Shown here: positions 18,815 through 26,306 of the stretch, in pieces | Position numbering within the stretch: position 1 is the stretch's first letter | How the letters are laid out: each line of letters begins with the position of its first letter | NCBI GenBank assembly: GCA_964350425.1 | Contig: CAYGKB010000001.1 | Span: forward strand, 1 to 29,418 | Direction: 5' to 3' | Source: an uncultured Chromatiaceae bacterium | Lineage (GTDB): Bacteria; Pseudomonadota; Gammaproteobacteria; Steroidobacterales; GCA-2729495 | DNA: 29,418 bases | Notes under the pieces: generated by a model | What the model saw: the letters and a program-made list of their open reading frames with translations, nothing else | The model's database searches: none | Told to the model about the DNA's origin: nothing | Translations under genes and position numbers: made by a program

Positions 18815-18841
18815 CAAGCAGACCGCTGGCTATTTTAGCTG
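18815..18841 (-). promoter_or_regulatory. Degenerate JUMPstart/ops-like element upstream of the export operon
   Basis: Minus strand CAGCTAAAATAGCCAGCGGTCTGCTTG resembles the JUMPstart hairpin (AGCT-aaaa-AGCCAG) followed by a weak ops-like AGCGGTCT (5/8 match to GGCGGTAG), 85 nt before the start codon. Confidence 0.3.
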
Positions 18842-18987
18842 AAATGCAGCAATTCGGCCTGCCTTTCGGCCGCAGCCTGATCAGCCTTGGCCGTAGCGGC
18901 GTTCGGCCAGATAGGCGCTGACTAACCCGGCCACCAGAATGGCCAGATAGAACTCGTCTACCACGGCCGGGAAGTCACGCAAAAAAC

Positions 18988-20052
18988 CTACATCCAGTTG
19001 TGAGTCCAGCGGGCATTTTGCTGAAACAGCTTGGTCGCTTCCATTTTATCGCCCGGCACGCTGTCGAGGAAAAGACTGTGGTCATAGCGCGTACGGTACT
19101 GCTCCAGTACCGGCCGATAAAGATCCATATGCACGTCCGGTATTCTGTGCTTGGCGCGGAACTGCGCAATCGGGATCATCGTAGTACGTCTGGTTTCAAA
19201 CGGGCCGCAGTTTTCCAGCTCGATACCGCGCGGGCCGAAAATAGCCGAGTTGCCGGGCGAGCCGTAATTGGTATCGTCAAAGAACCCCGGCAAACGTTCA
19301 CCTGTATTAACTGAGTTGTTGGTTGCAATGGTGTAGACGCTGTTGTGGTATGACGTAAGGCGGAAGTCGTGATACTCGAATCCGCCGGTAGCCACACGGC
19401 AGAATATTTCACCGCCCTTCATGGCCATGCAGCGGAACAACTCCGGCTCGAACTGCACAGCAGACATGGCGATATTGCCGATATCGGTTTGCACCACCGG
19501 CACCACGGCATCAATGCCGTACATTTCGACAAAGCGATCGTAAACATCGTAAATCGTGGTGGTGTACTGCTCTACCGGCCACATCCCACGGAGATTGCGC
19601 TGCTTCCACTGATTCGACACGATGCCCTGCGGCCCCATCAGGATCATCTGATGCAAAACATGGCCGGGCCAGTCAGCCTCATCTTTGAAGTAGCCGCCGA
19701 ACACGATATAGCAGTTGTACTGTTTAGCCTTCGCGGCCACCGCCGCCAGTTCCGGCCCGTCCAGTGTCAACGCCAGGTTGTAATGCTGCTCTTTGGTCCA
19801 CTGACTGAAACCGGTTATCGGAAACTCATGGAATACCAGCAGGTCACTGGGCGGCCCGCCGCTTTGCGCAATATCAATGCACTCCAGAAAATACTTCAGG
19901 TTGCGGTCAATATCGGGCTGCGGGTTGGCGCCGTTCACCCCGCCGACACGGGTCTGCACGGCGCTGACAAAAATCATGTCGCGACGCAGATCAACCACAG
20001 GATAAGTGCCGTCTTCACGAACCATTTGAGGCATGGACTTAGCTCCAGACAT
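18988..20052 (-). CDS. Nitrilase-superfamily carbon-nitrogen hydrolase, amidase/formamidase-like but atypical
   Basis: LVFHEFPITG (catalytic Glu), QWKQRN (Lys), TDIGNI...PELFRCMAMKGGEIFCR. Strong SD AAGGAG before ATG 20052. Confidence 0.82.
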   Translation of the reverse strand: MSGAKSMPQMVREDGTYPVVDLRRDMIFVSAVQTRVGGVNGANPQPDIDRNLKYFLECIDIAQSGGPPSDLLVFHEFPITGFSQWTKEQHYNLALTLDGPELAAVAAKAKQYNCYIVFGGYFKDEADWPGHVLHQMILMGPQGIVSNQWKQRNLRGMWPVEQYTTTIYDVYDRFVEMYGIDAVVPVVQTDIGNIAMSAVQFEPELFRCMAMKGGEIFCRVATGGFEYHDFRLTSYHNSVYTIATNNSVNTGERLPGFFDDTNYGSPGNSAIFGPRGIELENCGPFETRRTTMIPIAQFRAKHRIPDVHMDLYRPVLEQYRTRYDHSLFLDSVPGDKMEATKLFQQNARWTHNWM

Positions 20053-20198
20053 TATGTTGTTCTCCTTCTTGTTCTGCCGACGGGCGTCTGCCGCCTGTTG
20101 GTAGGCAGTGTAATGCATGCAATGCGCTGCCTGCACAAAAGCTATAATCAGGGCTACAGCTATGTTCGCTGCGCGGTGTCACCTTGGACGGGAGACTA

Positions 20199-21530
20199 AT
20201 GATGAACACCAGGAAACATTTCTTCGCCTCGGCAACAGGATTGTTCTTTGCATTGCTATTCAGCCTGCCGGTGCTGGCCGATGCACTGCTCGTCAGTGAA
20301 GCCGGCCGGCGTGCCATCAGCCCGGAAATTGCAGTCGGCCCTGATGGTGCAATTAACATCGTCTGGCTCGACAAGGGGCTTACTGCCAATCGGCCGCCGC
20401 CGAAACCGCGCAAGCCGGGTGAGCACAGTCACCGTTCGGAGACGGATCTGTATTTCTCCCGTTCGGAAGATCAGGGTAAGACCTGGAGCAAACCGGTCCG
20501 CGTAAATGACAGCGACGGTGAAGTCTGGGGCTTTTCAGTCAGTAAGCCGCGTATTGAAGTCGGACCGACCGGCACCATCCATGTTTTTTATCCGGCGAAT
20601 GACCGCTCCGAAGCCGTTGGCAAAGACGTGGTCAGCGCCCGCTATCGCCGCTCCACCGATAACGGTAAAACTTTTTCCGCAGCCATCACCATGAATCGCC
20701 CTGTTACTGAAGACCGCGAGGAAATTCTTGGCGAGGGGCTGGCCATGACCAACTCCTTCGGCACCATGGGCGTGGCTCCGGACGGCACCGTAATCACCGC
20801 ATGGCAGAACGTGGCCACCATGAAAGACAGCACCGGCGGCGCCGATGCCGTGGTAGCGATTTCGACCGATGACGGCCGCAGCTTCAGCAAGGAAATCATT
20901 GCCATTCCCGGCAACAAGATTTGTCCCTGCTGCCAGTTGACGCTGGCTTTCGCCGAGGACAGCTCGGCACTGATGGGACTGCGTTATCTGTTTGATGACG
21001 GTCGTGACAGTCAGGTCGCCCGCTCTGCTGATGGCGGCAAAAGTTTTCAGCTTAGCGGTCGGCTGGACCTGGACCCATGGCCCATCGATGGTTGCCCGCT
21101 CAAGCCGACCGAACTCGCAATTGATGGCGACAATGTCTACGCGGCCACTTACACCGGCGGCGAAACCCCGCCGGGTATTTATTTCACCGTTTCAAACGAC
21201 GGTGGCAAAAGTTTCAGCGGCAAACAGCAAGTTCACCAGCAGGCCGCTGTGGCCGACGCGCCGGCCCTGACGGTGGATGTCAACGGCCGTGTCCGGCTGG
21301 TGTGGCATGCCAAAGTGGACAGCGGCCGCCGCATTTTCACGGCCACTTCCGCTGATCAGGGCAAGACGCTGTCAGCCCCGGTTGAGGTAGCCACGCCCGC
21401 TGGCAAATCCATGTTTCCCGCCACAGCGGTTGCCGCAGACGGCAGCGTCTACGTCACCTGGCAGCAGGAAAATGAAGAGGTTTATGTCATTCGCCTGCCC
21501 GCGCCGGCACAGCAGATGGCAAGCGAATAA
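20199..21530 (+). CDS. Secreted BNR/Asp-box beta-propeller protein (sialidase-like fold) with CPCC motif
   Basis: Signal peptide; six Asp boxes (SEDQGKTW, STDNGKTF, STDDGRSF, SADGGKSF, SNDGGKSF, SADQGKTL); SD GGAGA before ATG 20199. Confidence 0.85.
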   Translation: MMNTRKHFFASATGLFFALLFSLPVLADALLVSEAGRRAISPEIAVGPDGAINIVWLDKGLTANRPPPKPRKPGEHSHRSETDLYFSRSEDQGKTWSKPVRVNDSDGEVWGFSVSKPRIEVGPTGTIHVFYPANDRSEAVGKDVVSARYRRSTDNGKTFSAAITMNRPVTEDREEILGEGLAMTNSFGTMGVAPDGTVITAWQNVATMKDSTGGADAVVAISTDDGRSFSKEIIAIPGNKICPCCQLTLAFAEDSSALMGLRYLFDDGRDSQVARSADGGKSFQLSGRLDLDPWPIDGCPLKPTELAIDGDNVYAATYTGGETPPGIYFTVSNDGGKSFSGKQQVHQQAAVADAPALTVDVNGRVRLVWHAKVDSGRRIFTATSADQGKTLSAPVEVATPAGKSMFPATAVAADGSVYVTWQQENEEVYVIRLPAPAQQMASE

Positions 21531-22036
21531 TGGCAGACTGGCTGCGCGCCGCGCTGAGCTGCGCACTGCTGCTTTGCTCAGGTCTGACGCTTGCCGAGGA
21601 TCGGCAGCAGCTAATAGCGCTCAATGCCGAAGGCTTTGAAGCCGCGCTCGAAGCCGTGCAGGCCGATGGTGCACCGGTAGTGCTGGTCAATTTCTGGGCG
21701 ACCTGGTGCCAGCCCTGCCGCGAGGAAATTCCGATTTTTCTCGAATTGCAGGAGCAATACGGCGATCAGGGATTTCGCTTTGTGGCAGTTTCGCTCGACG
21801 AAATAGAAACCATGGACACCGTGGTGCTGCCGTTTATGCAAAAGTGGTTCCCTGAGTTCTACAGCTATATCAGCGCCGAATACGACATGGATGACATGGT
21901 CAGCGTGATTGATAATGGCTGGAACGAGGTACTGCCGACCAGTTACGTGTTTGCCCGCGACGGCAGTCTCAGCGAGCGGCTGCAGGGCAAATATACCGCT
22001 GAGGAATTTGCTGCCCGCATCAAAGCACTGTTATAG
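21530..22036 (+). CDS. TlpA/ResA-family periplasmic thiol-disulfide oxidoreductase
   Basis: VLVNFWATWCQPCREEIP, LPTSYVF; signal peptide; TAATG coupling to the upstream gene. Confidence 0.93.
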   Translation: MADWLRAALSCALLLCSGLTLAEDRQQLIALNAEGFEAALEAVQADGAPVVLVNFWATWCQPCREEIPIFLELQEQYGDQGFRFVAVSLDEIETMDTVVLPFMQKWFPEFYSYISAEYDMDDMVSVIDNGWNEVLPTSYVFARDGSLSERLQGKYTAEEFAARIKALL

Positions 22037-22048
22037 ATCAACCACATC

Positions 22049-23104
22049 ATGGCAGCCGCATACAATCGCCAGTGGCGGGTTGCCCGCTATCCGCAGCCGG
22101 GCGAAGCCGTCAGCGAGAAGCTGTTCAGCTACACGACTGCCGCAGTGCCGGAACCGGCTGCCAACGAGTTTCTGGTGCGCACCCTGTGCCTTGCCCCCGG
22201 GCCGGCACAACGCGGCTACCTGCAGGATGCAGACGGCGAAGCGTTTTTGCAGCCGGTTGCCATAGGCGCGGTCATGCGTGGCCGGGGCGTCGGCCAGATT
22301 GTTGCCTCGCGCCATCCTGACTATCCCGAAGGGGCCATCTTCGTCGGTTCGCTGGGCTGGCAGGACTATTCAATCCAGCAGCCGCGCGGCAAGGAGTTCG
22401 TCTTCAGCACGCGGCTGGTTGAGCAGCCGCTGCTGCCGCTGTCGAGCGAACTGACGCTGCTGGGACAGGCCGGCGCCACGGCCTGGTTTGGCCTGCACGA
22501 TGCGGCCGGCCTCCGGGCCGGCGACCACGTATTGATCTCGGCTGCTGCCGGCGGCGTGGGCTCGTCTGCCGGGCAGATTGCCCGGCTGATGGGCGCTGCA
22601 AAAGTTGTCGGCCTGGCCGGCACTGATGAGAAATGCGCCTGGCTAATCAATACGCTGGGCTTTGACGCTGCCATCAACTACCGCAGCGACAATCTGGCGG
22701 CGCGACTGACAGAGCTGTTTCCCCACGGCATTGATGTGTTTTTCGATAATGTCGGCGGCAAAATACTGAATACGGCGCTCGGACACCTTGCCATGCACGC
22801 CCGTGTTGCCATCTGCGGCTTTATTTCCACTGATTACGACCCGGATGCCGAGTGCGGCCCAATCAATTATCGCAATCTGGTCAGTAAGCGCGCCCGCATG
22901 CAGGGCTTCGTGTTCTTCGATTACTGGGAACGCTATGCGGAAGCGCAGGCAGCACTGCGCGGCTGGTATCGTGATGGTTTATTACATAATACGGAGCATG
23001 TCTTTAACGAGCTGGAGGCCATGCCGGCGGCGCTGGCCGGGCTGTTCACCGGCGGCAATCGCGGCGTAGCGGTGTGCCGCGTTGCCCCGGACCCCAAGCT
23101 ATAG
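22049..23104 (+). CDS. NADP-dependent oxidoreductase (PTGR/CurA-like, MDR superfamily)
   Basis: GAVMRG, SAAAGGVGS, GFDAAINY, GIDVFFDNVGG, RVAICGFIS, RMQGFV. Confidence 0.92.
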   Translation: MAAAYNRQWRVARYPQPGEAVSEKLFSYTTAAVPEPAANEFLVRTLCLAPGPAQRGYLQDADGEAFLQPVAIGAVMRGRGVGQIVASRHPDYPEGAIFVGSLGWQDYSIQQPRGKEFVFSTRLVEQPLLPLSSELTLLGQAGATAWFGLHDAAGLRAGDHVLISAAAGGVGSSAGQIARLMGAAKVVGLAGTDEKCAWLINTLGFDAAINYRSDNLAARLTELFPHGIDVFFDNVGGKILNTALGHLAMHARVAICGFISTDYDPDAECGPINYRNLVSKRARMQGFVFFDYWERYAEAQAALRGWYRDGLLHNTEHVFNELEAMPAALAGLFTGGNRGVAVCRVAPDPKL

Positions 23105-23158
23105 AATGGCCGGTTCTGACGGTTTACCAGCAACACTCTGATCGGTAAGAATAAACCC

Positions 23159-23941
23159 ATGCTAATTCTGATATCACCGGCGAAAACGCTGGATTTCGAC
23201 ACCCCCGTGAAGGCCCGCACTGCCACCCAGCCGGAATTTCTCGATCAGGCCGAGGCGCTCGTCAGGGAACTGCAGGCACTGACGCCGGACGGGCTGTCTT
23301 CCCTGATGCACATCAGCGACAAACTCGGCGTGCTGAATTACGAGCGCTACCTGGAATGGCACCGGCCGTTCACGCGCGACAATGCCAGGCAGGCGGTGCT
23401 GGCATTTAAGGGTGACGTCTATACCGGGCTGCAGGCGGAAAACTTTTCCGCCGCAGAATTTAAATTTGCCCAGCAGCATTTGCGGATTCTGTCCGGGCTG
23501 TATGGTGTGCTGCGGCCGCTGGATCTGATGCAGCCCTACCGGCTGGAAATGGGCACCCGCTTCACCAATCCGCGCGGCAAGGACCTTTATGAATTCTGGG
23601 GCAACGCCATCACGGAAAATCTGAATGAGCAGCTCCGCAAGCTGAAGTCGCATACGGTGGTCAACCTGGCATCCAATGAGTACTTCAAGGCAGTTCACAA
23701 GAAAGACCTTGATGCCACCGTCATTTCGCCGGCTTTTAAGGATCTGAAAAACGGCAAATACAAAATCATCAGCTTTTACGCCAAAAAGGCGCGCGGCCGC
23801 ATGGCTGCCTGGATTATCAGCAAGGGCATCACCGACCCGGCCCGGCTGAAGAAATACCGGCTTGACGGCTACAGCTATTGCGCCGACATGTCGACACCTG
23901 CCACACCCACCTTTATCCGGGACGAAGTACCCAACTCATGA
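23159..23941 (+). CDS. yaaA: Peroxide stress protein YaaA (UPF0246)
   Basis: MLILISPAKTLD, AFKGDVY, ILSGLYGVLRPLD, YRLEMGT, NLASNEY, SFYAKKARG. Confidence 0.96.
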   Translation: MLILISPAKTLDFDTPVKARTATQPEFLDQAEALVRELQALTPDGLSSLMHISDKLGVLNYERYLEWHRPFTRDNARQAVLAFKGDVYTGLQAENFSAAEFKFAQQHLRILSGLYGVLRPLDLMQPYRLEMGTRFTNPRGKDLYEFWGNAITENLNEQLRKLKSHTVVNLASNEYFKAVHKKDLDATVISPAFKDLKNGKYKIISFYAKKARGRMAAWIISKGITDPARLKKYRLDGYSYCADMSTPATPTFIRDEVPNS

Positions 23942-24888
23942 TTATTCTCAAACGCATTCTGGCCACCTGCGCATTGCTGTTGGTGGCCAGCTACCTCGCT
24001 CTCGTCGTTTACGCCTACTGGCCCACAGGCATTGAAACCATGCCGGCGAAGGAACTGGCCACCGCGGAAGACCGCTTTGCTGACGTCAACGGGCTGGAAT
24101 TGCGCTATCGCACCTATGGGGAACCGGCGGCAGACAAGCCGAATTTGCTGCTGCTGCATGGCATGGGAAACTCACTGCAGTCCTTTCGGCTGCTTGCGCC
24201 ATTGCTGCAGGATGACTTTTTTGTGGTGGCGCTGGATATGCCGGGCTTCGGACTATCATCCAAGCCATCAGACTATGACTATCGGGCGGGCAGCATGGCA
24301 GCAACCGTGGGTGAGTTTGCGCGGGCAATTGGTCTAGAGCGCTATGCCGTGGGCGGACATTCCATGGGCGGCGCGATTGCCCTGCTGACCGCCATTAACG
24401 AACCTGAAGTCAGCGGCCTGATACTGATGAACCCTGGCATCATTAATGACGGTGTGCCCGAATTCACGCGTTACATGCCGTTTCCGTTTCAGCGCATTTC
24501 TGCCAAGCAGTTTGGCGATCGCAATTTTCGCGAGCGCTTTCTGAAGATTTCCTACATCAACACAGCACTCATAACGGACGAGGTAATGGACGACCTGCAG
24601 CTGGCAGCTCGGACCGACGACTATCTGGCAGGCGCCACCAGCATGATGGGCCAGTATGAAGAGCCGGTGGGCGTAGCGCCGCTCGCTGATGTCACTGTCC
24701 CGACCTTAATCGCCTGGGGCGAACAGGATCTCAACAAGAATGAGACGGAGCTGCAGCAACTGCAGGAAGGGCTGACAAATACGCAGGTGAGCGTTGTCAA
24801 AGTGGCTGATTCCGGGCACTACGTGCATGAGGAAGGCGCCGCACCGGTGGCCCGGGCCATGATCGAAGCCGCACCGCTATGGCGCTGA
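23938..24888 (+). CDS. Alpha/beta hydrolase with N-terminal membrane anchor
   Basis: LLLHGMG, LDMPGFGLS, GHSMGG, WGEQD, GHYVHEE; ATGA overlap with the yaaA stop. Confidence 0.9.
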   Translation: MIILKRILATCALLLVASYLALVVYAYWPTGIETMPAKELATAEDRFADVNGLELRYRTYGEPAADKPNLLLLHGMGNSLQSFRLLAPLLQDDFFVVALDMPGFGLSSKPSDYDYRAGSMAATVGEFARAIGLERYAVGGHSMGGAIALLTAINEPEVSGLILMNPGIINDGVPEFTRYMPFPFQRISAKQFGDRNFRERFLKISYINTALITDEVMDDLQLAARTDDYLAGATSMMGQYEEPVGVAPLADVTVPTLIAWGEQDLNKNETELQQLQEGLTNTQVSVVKVADSGHYVHEEGAAPVARAMIEAAPLWR

Positions 24889-24890
24889 CC

Positions 24891-24958
24891 GGGTTCTTAC
24901 TCTGACCCCATTTATTGGGGTTTTTACTCTGACCCCATTTATTGGACCCCATTTATTG
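24891..24958. repeat. Short tandem hairpin repeats (GGGT-N10-ACCCCATTTATTG)
   Basis: gggttcttactctgaccccatttattgg at 24891 and gggtttttactctgaccccatttattgg at 24918 (period 27), plus a third partial gaccccatttattg at 24945. Confidence 0.85.
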
Positions 24959-24968
24959 CGGGCAAAGA

Positions 24969-24992
24969 AAAACCCCGCCGAAGCGGGGTTTT
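24969..24992 (-). terminator. Rho-independent terminator of the first VPLPA-CTERM gene (possibly bidirectional)
   Basis: Minus strand AAAACCCCGC-TTCG-GCGGGGTTTT followed by TCTTT; cUUCGg tetraloop. Confidence 0.9.
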
Positions 24993-25033
24993 CCGAATGC
25001 ATCTGCTAAGTAAAACTTAGCTGAATATCATTC

Positions 25034-25843
25034 TTAGGCTTTGATCTTGCGGCGGAAGCCGAGCAGACCAAGAGCCGAACCGAACAGCCAAACAGCGGCC
25101 GGAACCGGAACAACGGTTGTCGTCAGCGAGAACGAGTTCACCGTGTCAGTACCGTCCACGTCACCGGCTGCATCACGACCTTCAGTCAGCAGAGACAGCG
25201 TGCTGCCGTCCCAGGTAGCTTTCAGGCGTGCAGGGCCGTTGGGTCCGCAAGGCGGAGCCGTGCTGCCAGCATCGTTGATCGGATCGTTGGAAGCGCCGGG
25301 CAGGTAGCAGGCACCAGGAGTGACTGAACCATCAGAGATGTTCCAGGCAAACGGCATGCCGGCTGTAACACCCGGTGAACAGTTGGCCGGAGCGAACAGG
25401 GTGCGTGCGCAGTCAACGCTGCCGACGGTGCCAAATCCGCTAGCCAGGTCAATCGTGACGTCTTCCCAGATACGCAGCCACCAGCTGTTGCCACCTACGA
25501 CAACCTGGTCGCCAACCGTACCCGTGATCACGAGCGTACCGCCGATAACGTCACCGGTGCCATCGTCAGTGATGATAGTACCGCTGTAGGTTCCGGTGAA
25601 CGGAGACAGGGCCTTGGGAGCGCCGCCGTCGTCGTTCCAGGTAAAGGCACTCGGAGCACCCGCCAACAGCACGTCCGGCACTGCATCACCACCGTCAAAA
25701 ATTCCGGTCGTGTTGGGAGTGCCATCGGCGTTGTTGTTGGTAATGCTGGTGCTATCCCAGTTACCACCTGTGATGGTGATAACAGCAGCGTTTGCGCTAA
25801 ACGATACAAGCGCGAGAGCTGCCATTGTGATTACTTTCTTCAT
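25034..25843 (-). CDS. VPLPA-CTERM (PEP-CTERM-class) sorting-domain surface protein 1
   Basis: Signal peptide MKKVITMAALALVSFSANA; T/G/D-rich body; C-terminus VVPVPAAVWLFGSALGLLGFRRKIKA. Confidence 0.93.
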   Translation of the reverse strand: MKKVITMAALALVSFSANAAVITITGGNWDSTSITNNNADGTPNTTGIFDGGDAVPDVLLAGAPSAFTWNDDGGAPKALSPFTGTYSGTIITDDGTGDVIGGTLVITGTVGDQVVVGGNSWWLRIWEDVTIDLASGFGTVGSVDCARTLFAPANCSPGVTAGMPFAWNISDGSVTPGACYLPGASNDPINDAGSTAPPCGPNGPARLKATWDGSTLSLLTEGRDAAGDVDGTDTVNSFSLTTTVVPVPAAVWLFGSALGLLGFRRKIKA

Positions 25844-25880
25844 TACAACTAATCTCCAAATATTTATAGATTGTCTTATT

Positions 25881-26002
25881 AGAGATTTGCGGCCCGGCTG
25901 TCTCCCCTTGTAACACTCCTTTCAACTGCTTGGTACACAGCGGAAAGAGCGAGATCCGTAGCTTTGCGTCGCCGGCTCACGCCGGTTTTGCCTTTGTCCT
26001 CT
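25881..26002 (-). promoter_or_regulatory. c-di-GMP-I (GEMM) riboswitch
   Basis: Minus strand AGAGG-acaaa-GGCAAAACCGGC-GTGA-GCCGGC-GACGCAAAGCTACGGATCTC-(46 nt)-GAGACAGCCGGGCCGC-aaa-TCTCT. It shows the GGCAAA motif, GNRA-capped P1b, GACGCAAAGC junction, AGACAGCC 3' motif and a closing P1. Confidence 0.9.
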
Positions 26003-26240
26003 TTTCATCGACGAACCGAATGTAACCGGTTTGGGACATTGAATCAAAGCGTTTTTACATAAGCGAGAAAATAGCAAAAAAAATGTGAAAGCCAGCATTG
26101 GAGCCGTTTCCAGCTCCCCGGCGCAAGCCATTGTTTTATATGATTCATGGTCAAACCCGTGCTGCAGAGAGCGCAGCAAATGCCGCTGCCGTGAGCCACC
26201 GCCACAGGCAGAAATAAGGGGTTCGTGGCTGCACAGCAAT

Positions 26241-26274
26241 AAAAGCGGGCCGCCCGAAATCCGGGCGGCCCGCT
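26241..26274 (-). terminator. Rho-independent terminator of the second VPLPA-CTERM gene
   Basis: 13-bp perfect stem AGCGGGCCGCCCG/CGGGCGGCCCGCT with a 5-nt loop, followed on the minus strand by TTTATT. Confidence 0.85.
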
Positions 26275-26306
26275 GCGTTGCAATCGCTTATTTAATGTGT
26301 ATGGAG

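Noticed and set aside
20199-21530. Calling the Asp-box protein a sialidase acting on the polysaccharide
   Set aside because: Asp boxes indicate fold only; there is no FRIP motif or other sialidase catalytic signature.
24891-24958. CRISPR mini-array
   Set aside because: The repeats abut with no unique spacers, and no cas genes are present.
25881-26002. 3',3'-cGAMP (GEMM-Ib) riboswitch assignment
   Set aside because: By my alignment to Vc2, the position-20 equivalent is G (GGCAAA), not the A typical of cGAMP-selective variants; binding data would be needed to exclude it fully.
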